Below the pieces are notes generated by a model. That model did not search any database and was not told where the DNA came from. It saw only the letters and a program-made list of their open reading frames with translations. Both the position numbers and the translations under genes were made by a program. Shown here one piece after another: positions 54,469 through 64,000 of a stretch of 64,000 nucleotides of DNA (positions are counted from its first letter, which is position 1; every line of letters starts with the position of its first letter). Origin of the DNA: an uncultured Gammaproteobacteria bacterium (GTDB lineage Bacteria; Patescibacteriota; Microgenomatia; Levybacterales; UBA12049); NCBI GenBank assembly GCA_964515545.1, contig CAZERI010000003.1:88246-152245 (forward strand), given 5' to 3'.

Positions 54469-56818
54469 TTGTTTGGAGTACTATTTTAATATTGTGACTG
54501 ATACGTGGCAGTAATTTAGGGAGAAGCGGAAGAGAAGGTGAGAGTTGAATTTCAGCTCCACTAACCTGAGGAAGAGTTTGAAGGTAGGCTGTCGCATCAG
54601 TAAAAGATTTTCCGGTTATATTTTGAACCACATTTTCCTCATCAATTTTTGGTAGGAGTCCTGCATCCATAACAAGACTTGCAGTAGCTTCACCATTTTT
54701 CCCTGGTTTAATATCCTGGAGTTCTGTTATGATGCCTTTGTTAGAAAGAGCAAGATCTTTATCATATTTCCCCTGGATCGCTGCCTGAGCAACTTTGCCA
54801 AGGTCTTCGGTGTTATATGAGAGAGTTGTAAACGTTATCGTTCCTTGGAGGGTTACTTTGCTCGCCTCATCACCTACATCTTTATCGAAGGATTTCTTGC
54901 TAAGCACAGTGTCAGTAAAAATAGGTAGGATCTGTTGACCACCGCCTGCCTTATCTTTAAGAGCATCTTTTGCTTTTCCTTCTAGTTGTTTTGTCAGATC
55001 TTCTATGAGAGTATCGGTATCTTTTTTAGCAACAACTGTTACTGTCTTTTTGGATCCTCCAGAGAAAGCACTGTCATTTTTACCTGCTAACGTATTCGAG
55101 CTTACCCCATCAATACTGAATTTGGTTCCTGATGGGAGATTGTACTCATTTCCTATATTTTTAGCTATAACACCAACAGAAGCAGTTCCAGGTTTGGATG
55201 AGGTGGCATCTCCTGATGCTGATGCTACAGCAATATCACCTGTAGTGACAAAATCCAAATTATTACTGGAAGAGATCGTGGTACCACTGGAGATAGATTT
55301 TTTGTTATCACTATTGTTATAAAACGTAATAGTACCTTTTGCTTTTTCTCCCACATCCTTCTTGCCAGTTGTTGTGGTCGAGACAGTGCCATCAACTGAT
55401 GTTGCTATCTCTTTAGCAGTGAGAATTTTTTGTGATAGGTCATTATCGGAGTCAGTACGTAGAGTAACAGTTGTTGAATCATCAATCTTTTTAGGTTCCA
55501 TATGAAGCGTTACAGTAGCTTTAACAGCAAAGAGATAATAAATACCAAGCACCAACAGTAACACTACAATAACAGGCAGAATAATAAACCGTCTTGATAC
55601 TCCTCCTATTCCCCCTAAGGGAAGAGATGGAAGTGAAAGCTTACCCATAAGGGCTGGAATTAAACTAAAAAATCTCATAAAGCCTTCCTTCTCCGGATCA
55701 TTCTCATCTTCAGGAGAAGGATTCTCCTCAGAAGGTCTTACGTGTGAAGTCATATTCATATGCTGACGTGTGGCTTCGGAGGGATTCATTTCTGTAGCCT
55801 TTTCTCCTCTAGCGTGGGAGGAATCTGCATGAGAAGCAGATTTCGTAATATCCTCGTCCATAACAAAACCAAAGTTATCTCCAGCAATGGGAGCAGAGTC
55901 CTCTTCGTTTTCGGCACTGAGAGATTTTTCCTTCTCATCAAGGGCGTCCTTTTCCTCCTCAGGCAATTCTTCTTCTCCATCAGTCTCTTTCTTTTTGGTT
56001 CTATGGTTTGGCGAAGTTTCATTGGAGTCGATAGTAAGTACCTTAATGTCGCCGAGAGCTTCCTGGACTGAAAAGCCCATTTGTTCTCCTGCTCCATAGA
56101 TCATAGCTTTCCCATCAAACCCTGCAGGGAGAAGCGAAATTTGTGGTACATGTAAAAATGGAATACTTTTACTCCAATGGTGAGCCAGAAATTCCTGCGC
56201 TAGAGTTTCATCATGATTTCCATCCAAAAGGATCATCCTTGAAGGAAGAACGTCTGTGGTGAAATGGTGGAGCAGCCGGTCTACAGTCTGAGGAATGGAG
56301 CCTTCAATATGGCCAGTGTGTGTCTCAATGATTTTACTCGCCCTAAAAAGGGTAAGTGTAATATTCCTTTTATCGACCTCAGCAAGAATTGCAGATAGAG
56401 GTGCACCTTCTTCTTCTGATAACAGATGAGATATTGCTTCACTAATGACCATGAATCCGATTGGCTGAAGTGAGAGGCTTTCACAAACTTTTTTCAGCTG
56501 TACTAAGTGCTCTTTTTTAATCTTCTTTTCTTCCACCCAACTTTCTTTAACTCCAAAGACTGTTTTTTCAGTTTCAATATTTGGAGGTAGCATCTCCTCA
56601 GCTCTGCTAATGGCTTTGTCTAATGTTTCAAGTAATTCTTCAAAAGGAATTTGTTCCAAATGAGTTGGGAAGGGACTCTCATGGCTGCCGATTAGTTTGA
56701 GGCGTCCTTCAATTTCCTGGAGAACAACTGCAATAGTTTTTTCATCGCGAAGCAAAAGCGCTAAATAATAATTCGAAGGCGCTTTTTTGGCAAAAAGTGA
56801 GGGTACGGGCAGTTTCAT
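54461..56818 (-). CDS. hypothetical: N-terminal actin-like (FtsA/PilM-like) domain, acidic disordered region, one TM, ~350-aa S/T-rich extracellular domain
   Basis: N-terminal ~230 aa aligns loosely with FtsA/PilM phosphate-1/2 regions (YYLALLLRDEKTIAVVLQ...GRLKLIG; ...NITLTLFRASKII). A D/E-rich segment and a TM (ILPVIVVLLLVLGIYYLFAV) follow. The 8-nt overlap with the sortase gene suggests translational coupling. Confidence 0.35.
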   Translation of the reverse strand: MKLPVPSLFAKKAPSNYYLALLLRDEKTIAVVLQEIEGRLKLIGSHESPFPTHLEQIPFEELLETLDKAISRAEEMLPPNIETEKTVFGVKESWVEEKKIKKEHLVQLKKVCESLSLQPIGFMVISEAISHLLSEEEGAPLSAILAEVDKRNITLTLFRASKIIETHTGHIEGSIPQTVDRLLHHFTTDVLPSRMILLDGNHDETLAQEFLAHHWSKSIPFLHVPQISLLPAGFDGKAMIYGAGEQMGFSVQEALGDIKVLTIDSNETSPNHRTKKKETDGEEELPEEEKDALDEKEKSLSAENEEDSAPIAGDNFGFVMDEDITKSASHADSSHARGEKATEMNPSEATRQHMNMTSHVRPSEENPSPEDENDPEKEGFMRFFSLIPALMGKLSLPSLPLGGIGGVSRRFIILPVIVVLLLVLGIYYLFAVKATVTLHMEPKKIDDSTTVTLRTDSDNDLSQKILTAKEIATSVDGTVSTTTTGKKDVGEKAKGTITFYNNSDNKKSISSGTTISSSNNLDFVTTGDIAVASASGDATSSKPGTASVGVIAKNIGNEYNLPSGTKFSIDGVSSNTLAGKNDSAFSGGSKKTVTVVAKKDTDTLIEDLTKQLEGKAKDALKDKAGGGQQILPIFTDTVLSKKSFDKDVGDEASKVTLQGTITFTTLSYNTEDLGKVAQAAIQGKYDKDLALSNKGIITELQDIKPGKNGEATASLVMDAGLLPKIDEENVVQNITGKSFTDATAYLQTLPQVSGAEIQLSPSLPLLPKLLPRISHNIKIVLQTND

Positions 56819-56821
56819 AAA

Positions 56822-58699
56822 TTAATTTGGATTAACAATGCCATAAATACGTTTCATTCCTTTACCTAAATTGTCTTGCTTTATTATCTTAAATGATTTC
56901 AGCTTCCCTGTAAAATCCACATGAGGACCACCGCAAAATTCGATAGAATAAGCATCCGTATATGATTTAGCTGTATCTCCTATAAAATAAATTTTAGATT
57001 TTTCGCCATAGGTATCCATAAAAAGACCAATTGCTCCCATATCATAGGCTTCTTGGGTAGGAATCAATTCAAAGTGGACAGGTAAATTTTCTCTGATTTT
57101 CTCATTAACTATATCTTCTACCTTTTTCATCTCTTCTTCTGTTAACTTACGATCAAAATTAAAATCAAATCTGATACGTTCAGGAGTAATATTGGAGCCA
57201 CTTTGGTGGACTGTATTACCCAGAACATCTCGAAGAGCTTGATGAAGAAGATGAGTTGCTGTATGTCCCATTACAGTCATTTCGGAATGATCAGCTAATC
57301 CTCCCTTAAACATGCCTGCACTAGCAGTTCGGGATAGGTCTTTGTGTCTCGTCAAAGCCTCTAAAAACTTATCTTTATCTACTTTTTTACCTCTTTCTCC
57401 AGCTAGCTCTTCAATTATTTCAAAAGGAAAGCCATGAGTCTGGTACAAATCAAAAGAGATTTCATCAAGACGATCAAGGTTTTTTTCAAGTTCCTTGAGC
57501 CCTCTCTCTAAACTCTTAGCAAATTTGCTCAGCTCTTCATTTATGAGTGGGAAAATCTTATTTCTTTCCTCTTCTCGCGTAAAACGTCCATCGATTTTCT
57601 CTTCTGTTCCCAACACTGCATCACAAATTGTTTGAAACGAACTAACGGGAGGAAGCTCACCTTGGAGTTGATGCATTTTGACAGCAGCACGACGTAAAAG
57701 ACGACGTAGGACGTATCCTTGTTCTTTGTTGGAGGGAGTAACTCCATCTATCATAAGAAAAGTAGCTGCTTTAAGATGATCTGCGATAACTCGGAGGGAC
57801 GGTTGTACAGTATGATCACTATATGATTTGCCAGTGACTTCTTCTATCGTTGCAATGATATTGCTGTAGAGGTCAGTTGTAAAAACATCGGGATTATGAT
57901 TCTTAGCAGCTGCTAAACGCTCTAATCCACCGCCAAAGTCAACATTCTTTTGAGGTAATTCTTTAAACGTTCCATTTTCTTGTTTGATGTATTCCATAAA
58001 GACTGAATTACCAATCTCCATAAATCTTCCACAGTCACAATTTGGGTGACAATGTTTGCCATATTTTTCATTATGAGGTGTTCCAAAATCATAAAAAACT
58101 TCACTATCTGGTCCGCCGGGTTCGCCTGGAGGCATATTTTCAGGAACGCCTGATCGACTCCACCAATTCTTCTTCACTCCATAGGTAAAGATTCGTCCTC
58201 CCTGCGTTCCGTGTTTTTCAGCATCATTGACAACTGTTGCATTGATATTGTGCTTTCCGAATAACTCCTGCCAGATATTAATACTTTCATTATCTTTATC
58301 TATTGTTTCGTTTCCTGCAAAGACTGTGACATACAGATTACTAGGATCAAGACCGAGACCTTTATCATTATCAGTTAAAAAATCAAAAAACCACGGAAGT
58401 TGTTCTTTTTTGAAATAATCTCCCAGGCTCCAGTTGCCAAGCATCCTAAAGAATGTGGTATGACGATTGTCCCCAACTTCCTCAATATCCTGTGAACGAA
58501 GACAATTTTGTACATTGACGAGTCTCCTGCCTGCAGGATGTACTTCTCCGAGAAGATAGGGAATAAGTGCCTGCATTCCGCTGCTGGTAAAAAGGGTGGT
58601 AGGATCATTAACTAAGACCAATGGAGAGTTGGTAATTCGGTGATGTCCGTTTTCTTCAAAAAAAGTGAGGTATCGCTTTACAATTTGTTCAGCTTTCAT
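56822..58699 (-). CDS. alaS: alanine--tRNA ligase, short form lacking the C-Ala domain
   Basis: Catalytic-domain motifs (FTSSGMQ, CLRSQDIEEVGDNRHTTFFRMLGNWSLGDYFK), editing-domain HTATHLLHQAL ... CGGPHV; 625 aa vs ~870 aa canonical. Confidence 0.85.
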   Translation of the reverse strand: MKAEQIVKRYLTFFEENGHHRITNSPLVLVNDPTTLFTSSGMQALIPYLLGEVHPAGRRLVNVQNCLRSQDIEEVGDNRHTTFFRMLGNWSLGDYFKKEQLPWFFDFLTDNDKGLGLDPSNLYVTVFAGNETIDKDNESINIWQELFGKHNINATVVNDAEKHGTQGGRIFTYGVKKNWWSRSGVPENMPPGEPGGPDSEVFYDFGTPHNEKYGKHCHPNCDCGRFMEIGNSVFMEYIKQENGTFKELPQKNVDFGGGLERLAAAKNHNPDVFTTDLYSNIIATIEEVTGKSYSDHTVQPSLRVIADHLKAATFLMIDGVTPSNKEQGYVLRRLLRRAAVKMHQLQGELPPVSSFQTICDAVLGTEEKIDGRFTREEERNKIFPLINEELSKFAKSLERGLKELEKNLDRLDEISFDLYQTHGFPFEIIEELAGERGKKVDKDKFLEALTRHKDLSRTASAGMFKGGLADHSEMTVMGHTATHLLHQALRDVLGNTVHQSGSNITPERIRFDFNFDRKLTEEEMKKVEDIVNEKIRENLPVHFELIPTQEAYDMGAIGLFMDTYGEKSKIYFIGDTAKSYTDAYSIEFCGGPHVDFTGKLKSFKIIKQDNLGKGMKRIYGIVNPN

Positions 58700-58754
58700 A
58701 GGCTATCATTATAGCACGATCTAGACGTAATTAATCTTAGAAGAGGAAGAGTTG

Positions 58755-59792
58755 CTATGCTTTTACTGCATAGAGGGTTATGGATTCACTTTTCCGAGTA
58801 AGCGATCCTAAAAGAACAATACCTAGAGTGAGTGATCTGATAACTAATTTGCCAAGCTCTTTTTTGAGAGAAAGATTTTTTTTGTAAGAGGATGTAATTA
58901 ATCCTCCGTCTTTCTTCTTCCTAAATCGGGGAGATAGATTAAATCGAAAACTTTCAAAGACAGTATAGTAATTATGTGCCCAATACCAATAGTTAATCTC
59001 TTTTTTTCTAAAACCTGCAGAACGTATTAAATTTTGTAATGTAGACGGACTAAATTGGTATAAGTGCCGAGGTAAGTTGAGAGCCTGCCAGTTTTCCTTA
59101 AATAGTTGAAACCCTACACTATCAATATTTGGGACGGTAATAACGATCACACCATTCTTTTTTAAAATTTTATGAATTTGCTGTAATGTTTCAAGCGGTT
59201 GGTAGAGATGCTCAAGTGCCATATTCAGACTTACTACATCATACGTATTTTTGGGAAATGAATAATCAAGAAAGTCTCCCCGTTTGAGGGTAATATCGAA
59301 AGATTTTTTTGCAAACTTTACTGCATCAGAAGAGAATTCCACACCATCAGCCCTCCATCCTTTCTCTTTAAACTTTGAAAGAAATATTCCTGTTCCAGCA
59401 CCTATATCCAAGATCGCTCCTTTTTTCGTAGTAGTAAGAAGTTTCTTATAAATTGAACCGAAAGTATACTCTCTTTCTTTAACTAATTCGGAGGCCTTAT
59501 TCTTTATGGTGATATTTTCTCCCCAATATGATTCAGGTGAGTAATAGTTACCGATTTCTTTCATAGTAGGCCGAGGGTAAAGGTAGATAAGGCTACAATT
59601 ATTGCATCTGACCAAAGAGAATCTCCCTTTATATTCCCAGGAGGTAACGTTTTTAAGAAATAAAGAGGAGTTTTCCTTTTTGCAGATATTACACAGAGGA
59701 TATTCTATCTTGGAAGATATAGGTTTGGGGGTTAGTTTTTGTGAACGCATTAGTTGTTTGGAGTTTATATTATATAGGTAAGCTATTCTCAA
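58755..59792 (-). CDS. class I SAM-dependent methyltransferase with N-terminal Cys4 zinc ribbon
   Basis: CNIC...CNNC zinc ribbon; ILDIGAGTGIF SAM-binding motif I. Confidence 0.7.
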   Translation of the reverse strand: MRIAYLYNINSKQLMRSQKLTPKPISSKIEYPLCNICKKENSSLFLKNVTSWEYKGRFSLVRCNNCSLIYLYPRPTMKEIGNYYSPESYWGENITIKNKASELVKEREYTFGSIYKKLLTTTKKGAILDIGAGTGIFLSKFKEKGWRADGVEFSSDAVKFAKKSFDITLKRGDFLDYSFPKNTYDVVSLNMALEHLYQPLETLQQIHKILKKNGVIVITVPNIDSVGFQLFKENWQALNLPRHLYQFSPSTLQNLIRSAGFRKKEINYWYWAHNYYTVFESFRFNLSPRFRKKKDGGLITSSYKKNLSLKKELGKLVIRSLTLGIVLLGSLTRKSESITLYAVKA

Positions 59793-59834
59793 TTATAGCA
59801 TTGGAAATAATAAGATAACATGACGAGGAGGGTA

Positions 59835-59863
59835 TTGACAGTATGAGAATCCTATGATATAAC
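59835..59863 (+). promoter_or_regulatory. candidate sigma70-like promoter upstream of rpoB (TTGACA-N17-TATAAC)
   Basis: TTGACA 59835-59840, 17-nt spacer, TATAAC 59858-59863; ~88 nt upstream of the rpoB ATG. Confidence 0.3.
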
Positions 59864-59951
59864 CAGTAAGGTAATTCCCGTTACAGATGCAAGGGTTGAT
59901 CCCCTTTGCGTCTTTTGTTGTTTATCCTGAGCTGCCTTATTAACCATTCCG

Positions 59952-62900
59952 ATGCCTAAGAAAAGTAAAGAAACCAATATTAAACGCCATATTTGGGGCA
60001 AAGAGTATTCATCATTGCCAGAGTTAGATTTATTGGCAGTTCAACGAGCTTCTTATCAAAGTTTCCTGGATAAGCAGATCGGTGAAATTCTCCAAGAGGT
60101 TTCTCCTATTGATGATTTTACAGGTAAAAACTGGAGTCTCACTTTTAAAGAATATCGTATCGGCCAGCCAACAAATACTCCAGAAATAGCTCTTAACAAA
60201 GGTCTTACTTTCGATTCTCCTCTTTATGTTAAGGTAACTCTTACTAATCTCCGTACTAACGAGATCCATGATGCAGAAGTCTTTTTAGGTGATATCCCTC
60301 AGATGACAGACCGAGGAACATTTATCGTCAATGGTATCGAGCGCGCTGTCGTAAGTCAGATTGTCCGTTCGCCTGGAGTTTTCTTCACTGCAGCTCATGA
60401 TCCAGCAACTGGCAGAACTATCTATTCAGCAGAAATCAGACCAACTCATGGTTCATGGCTTGAGTTTTCAACTACCCGTTATGGAACAATTACAGTAAAG
60501 ATTGATCGTCGCCGTAAATTTTTAGCTACAACATTCCTTCGTGCAATTGGTATTTCAGCAAATGAATCTATTAAGGAAAAATTTGCAGCAGTTGAAGGGG
60601 ATCAGGAAGATTCTCTTATAGCAACAACTCTCCAAAAAGATGAGACAGGTAGCGAGACAGAGGCGATTATTGAGATTTTTAAGAAAATGCATCCTGGAGA
60701 GCCAGTTGTATATGACAAGGTTCGTGAGAATTTCATGAACCTTTTCTTTAATAATCGAAGATATGACCTCGGAGCAGTTGGCCGTTACAAAATGAATAAA
60801 AAGCTTCATGAAGTTGAAGGCTTTACTCCTACTGAAGATCGTGTTCTTACTGTTGATGACATTGTTGCGACAATTAATTACTTGATCATGCTCAGTCAGG
60901 GTAAGGGGATGGTTGATGATATTGATTCTTTAGCTAACAGAAGAATTCGTAGTGTAGGAGAATTGGTAGCTACTAACGCCTTCCGTGTAGGAGTACTCCG
61001 CCTTGAGCGTTCAATTAAAGAGCGTATGTCTCTTATGCAGCCTGATATGCCGGTTACCGTTGCTAACCTTATCAATGCTCGCCCAATTATGGCAGCTATC
61101 AATGAATTCTTCCGTACTTCACAGCTCTCAACAATTCTTGATCAGACTAATCCCCTTTCAGAAATTGATAATTTGAATCGTCTTACTGTTATGGGAGCGG
61201 GAGGCATTTCTCGAGAGCGTGCAGCCTTCTCAATCCGTGATATTAATTCTTCTCAGTATGGCCGTATTGATCCTATTAGAAGTCCTGAAGGTCCAAATAT
61301 CGGTCTGGTTACCTATATGGCACTTTATTCACATGTAAATCAGTTTGGCTTCTTAGAATCACCTTATAGAAAATTAGTTAAGGAGAAAAAAGGCAGTAAA
61401 ACAGTTGTCCGTTTGACCTCGGAGATCGAGTATATGGATGCGGATGATGAGAGAGTGAAATACATTACTCACGCATCAATCAACATTAATGAAAATGGCG
61501 AGATTACAGATGATCGTATTCCGGTTCGTTATAAGGGAGAATTTATTGAGGTAGATCGCGAGCTTGCTGAGTACATTGACGTTGTTCCTCGCCAAGTGGT
61601 CGGAACTAGTGCTTCTCTTATCCCATTTGTAGCTCATGATGAGGCTAACCGTGCTCTCATGGGAACTCACATGCAGTGTCAGGCTGTTCCGCTTGTTAAA
61701 CCGGATAGTCCAATTGTAGGGACTGGTATGGAAGCTTCAGTAAGTGAGGTTATGAACCGTGTGGCTAAGGCACCTTTTGATGGGAAAGTAACATTTGTGG
61801 ATGCAACTAAAGTAACAATTGAAGGAAATAAGGGAGAAAAAGCAACCTTTGCAATCTCATCATTTATGCGTACTTCACAGGCTACCTCTTATACACAAAG
61901 AGCAGCAGTTGTTGAGGGGCAAACAGTTAAGAAAGGCGATCTTTTAGTCGATGGACCTTCATCTCAAAATGGTGAGTTAGCGCTAGGTCAAAATTTACTT
62001 ATTGCTTATGCTTCCCTTGATGGACTTGGGTATGAAGATGCTATCGTTATTTCAGACAGACTTGTTAAGGAAGATGTCCTCTCTAGTATTCATATTGAAC
62101 GCTACGAGGCAGCAGTCGTTGAGACTAAGTTAGGCCCTGAGGAAATAACTCCTGATATTCCAAATGTATCTGAAGAAGAGTTAGCACTTCTTGATCCAGA
62201 AGGTATTGTTGTTGTTGGGTCAGAGGTGAATCCTGGCGATATCTTAGTAGGAAAGATTGCACCAAAAGGTGAGACAGAATTAACAGCTGAGGAAAGATTA
62301 CTTCGGGCAATCTTTGGTGAGCAGGCACGTGAAGTCCGAGATACATCACTTCGTATGCCTCACGGTGAGCGTGGAACTGTCATCAGTGTTCAGATCTTAG
62401 ATCGCAAGAAAGGTGATGAGTTAGAGCCTGGAACCCTTCGAAAAATCTTAGTTGAGGTCGCACAGTTTAGACACGTTGTAGTCGGAGATAAGTTGGCAGG
62501 ACGTCACGGAAATAAAGGAATTATTTCTCGTATTCTTCCACTTGCTGATATGCCCCATTTGGAAGATGGAACACCAGTTGATATCATCATCTCTCCAATG
62601 TCTATTCTGGCTCGTATGAATTTAGGTCAGATTTTGGAGGCGCATCTTGGTTTTGCAGCTAAAAAGCTTGATATGAAAGTCGGGGTTCCAGTCTTTGAGA
62701 AAATCTCAGAAGATCAAATCGTGGACCTTCTTAAACAGGCAGGATTACCAGTAAATGGAAAAGTACAGCTTTTCGATGGTCGTACCGGTACTCCATACGA
62801 AAATCCAGTTGTTGTTGGTATCGAATACATGATGAAACTTATTCACATGGTAGAGGATAAGACCCATGCTCGTTCAACTGGACCATACTCTCTGGTTACC

Positions 62901-63374
62901 CAGCAGCCACTCGGTGGAAAAGCACAAATGGGAGGACAGAGACTCGGAGAAATGGAAGTTTGGGCTCTTGAGTCACATCGTGCAAGACACATCTTACAAG
63001 AGATGTTAACGATTAAGGCAGATGATGTAATAGGACGTGCTAAGGCATTTGAGGCAATTGTTAAAGGAACAGATATCCCAACACCTAAAGTTCCTGAGTC
63101 ATTTAAAGTTCTTATTAAAGAGCTTCAATCACTTGGTCTTAATGTTGTGCCTGTCGGTGCAACCGTCTATAATGAAGTTTCTGAAAATAAAGACGACGTT
63201 GTAGCAGAAGATGCTAAAAAGGAAGTTCAAGAATTACAGCACGAACTTGGGGCAGAGACCGTGGCTGATTCTGTAGAAGAGAGTGCTTCAGAAGGCATCG
63301 AGATTGCAGAAGTTGGGTCAGAAGTTGAGGCCAATGAGTCAATGGCTCTCGGAGGAGGAGAAACAAATGAATAA
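59952..63374 (+). CDS. rpoB: DNA-directed RNA polymerase subunit beta
   Basis: 1140 aa; conserved beta-subunit blocks (…GRYKMNKKL…, …[10 protein letters not shown]…, …[10 protein letters not shown]…, …[14 protein letters not shown]…). Confidence 0.95.
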   Translation: MPKKSKETNIKRHIWGKEYSSLPELDLLAVQRASYQSFLDKQIGEILQEVSPIDDFTGKNWSLTFKEYRIGQPTNTPEIALNKGLTFDSPLYVKVTLTNLRTNEIHDAEVFLGDIPQMTDRGTFIVNGIERAVVSQIVRSPGVFFTAAHDPATGRTIYSAEIRPTHGSWLEFSTTRYGTITVKIDRRRKFLATTFLRAIGISANESIKEKFAAVEGDQEDSLIATTLQKDETGSETEAIIEIFKKMHPGEPVVYDKVRENFMNLFFNNRRYDLGAVGRYKMNKKLHEVEGFTPTEDRVLTVDDIVATINYLIMLSQGKGMVDDIDSLANRRIRSVGELVATNAFRVGVLRLERSIKERMSLMQPDMPVTVANLINARPIMAAINEFFRTSQLSTILDQTNPLSEIDNLNRLTVMGAGGISRERAAFSIRDINSSQYGRIDPIRSPEGPNIGLVTYMALYSHVNQFGFLESPYRKLVKEKKGSKTVVRLTSEIEYMDADDERVKYITHASININENGEITDDRIPVRYKGEFIEVDRELAEYIDVVPRQVVGTSASLIPFVAHDEANRALMGTHMQCQAVPLVKPDSPIVGTGMEASVSEVMNRVAKAPFDGKVTFVDATKVTIEGNKGEKATFAISSFMRTSQATSYTQRAAVVEGQTVKKGDLLVDGPSSQNGELALGQNLLIAYASLDGLGYEDAIVISDRLVKEDVLSSIHIERYEAAVVETKLGPEEITPDIPNVSEEELALLDPEGIVVVGSEVNPGDILVGKIAPKGETELTAEERLLRAIFGEQAREVRDTSLRMPHGERGTVISVQILDRKKGDELEPGTLRKILVEVAQFRHVVVGDKLAGRHGNKGIISRILPLADMPHLEDGTPVDIIISPMSILARMNLGQILEAHLGFAAKKLDMKVGVPVFEKISEDQIVDLLKQAGLPVNGKVQLFDGRTGTPYENPVVVGIEYMMKLIHMVEDKTHARSTGPYSLVTQQPLGGKAQMGGQRLGEMEVWALESHRARHILQEMLTIKADDVIGRAKAFEAIVKGTDIPTPKVPESFKVLIKELQSLGLNVVPVGATVYNEVSENKDDVVAEDAKKEVQELQHELGAETVADSVEESASEGIEIAEVGSEVEANESMALGGGETNE

Positions 63375-64000
63375 TAATAATTCTAAAAAACATATGAAAG
63401 ATTTAACAATTACTGACTTTAAGTCTTTGAAGCTTCTCCTTGCGAATAAAGATGATATTATGCAGTGGTCATACGGCGAGATCACCAAACCCGAGACTAT
63501 CAATTATCGTACACTTCGCCCTGAGAAAGATGGACTTTTTGACGAGAGAATTTTTGGACCAACGAAAGATTGGGAATGTTATTGTGGAAAATATAAGAGA
63601 ATTCGCTACAAGGGGATAATTTGCGACAAATGTGGTGTTGAGGTTACACTCTCTCGAGTTAGACGCGAGAGACTTGGTCACATCTCACTTGCTGCACCAG
63701 TCTCACATGTTTGGTATTTCAAAGGAGCTAGCAGTGCTATGGCGCTTCTCCTGGATGTGCCTCAAAAGAACTTAGAATCAGTTATCTACTATGCCTCTTA
63801 CTTAGTAGTAGGGGTTGATGAGCAGAAGAAGAAAGAAGCATTAGATGTCCTCATGCAAAATATCGATAAGAGAAAAGATGCTCTTAAAGAGAAGATGCAG
63901 GAGGAAGAATCAAAAGTTAAGGATGACGCTAAGGAAAAGACTGATGAAACAACTGGCTTGAAGCGTGAGCAGAAGCAGCTTATCTCTGAGGAGTTAAATT
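63367..64000 (+). CDS. rpoC: DNA-directed RNA polymerase subunit beta' (5' partial; continues beyond window)
   Basis: Translation from ATG 63367 (8-nt overlap with the rpoB stop) gives ...[48 protein letters not shown]..., the beta' Zn-binding N-terminus; not in the ORF track because no stop lies within the window. Confidence 0.9.
   Translation, partial: MNNNNSKKHMKDLTITDFKSLKLLLANKDDIMQWSYGEITKPETINYRTLRPEKDGLFDERIFGPTKDWECYCGKYKRIRYKGIICDKCGVEVTLSRVRRERLGHISLAAPVSHVWYFKGASSAMALLLDVPQKNLESVIYYASYLVVGVDEQKKKEALDVLMQNIDKRKDALKEKMQEEESKVKDDAKEKTDETTGLKREQKQLISEELN

Noticed and set aside
1-64000. Searched intergenic regions for CRISPR arrays, tRNA genes (T-loop GTTCRANYC / cloverleaf candidates) and rRNA fragments
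   Set aside because: No regularly spaced direct repeats, no tRNA-like 70-90 nt segments in the intergenic gaps, and no rRNA-like conserved stretches. All sizable gaps are explained by promoters or terminators.

Overview
The window is a ~38-40% GC bacterial chromosomal segment densely packed with housekeeping genes. The streamlined proteins point to a Candidate Phyla Radiation (Patescibacteria)-type genome using the standard genetic code: an N-terminally truncated IF-2, an AlaRS lacking the C-Ala domain, a class-I LysRS, many small membrane proteins, a sortase and a tail-less Lon. Gene blocks in order: tsaD–DUF192–cytidylyltransferase–VanW (minus strand); an orphan solute-binding protein, greA, murB and class-I lysS (plus); an envelope-glycan cluster with a UbiA DPPR-synthase-like gene, WecA/GT4, a GT-C ArnT/PMT-like gene and a processive GT2, followed by tatD and metG (minus); the hrcA–grpE–dnaK–PHP–dnaJ heat-shock locus, with a textbook sigma70 promoter overlapping a CIRCE operator (plus). 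A long co-directional plus-strand block follows. It opens with a secreted 2-TM pilin-like protein and a 1342-aa polytopic membrane protein carrying a highly repetitive tail. Two Hsp100/Clp-type ATPases (one membrane-anchored, with a degenerate D1 Walker A) and a membrane-anchored vWA protein come next. The block then runs nusA–infB–(degenerate DHH-like)–rpsO–pnp, a Lon-like AAA+ module without a protease domain, rnj, ftsK, a rodZ-like gene and small membrane proteins. A minus-strand block carries a P-loop kinase, mltG, a nucleoside phosphorylase, a sortase coupled to an FtsA-like/TM/extracellular protein, a short alaS and a methyltransferase. The window ends with rpoB and the start of rpoC. 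No rRNA, tRNA, CRISPR, transposase or integrase was recognised. The most unusual content is the ~11 kb surface-apparatus-like block at 25.4–36.6 kb. All functional calls rest on motif recognition by eye and need HMM or structure confirmation.
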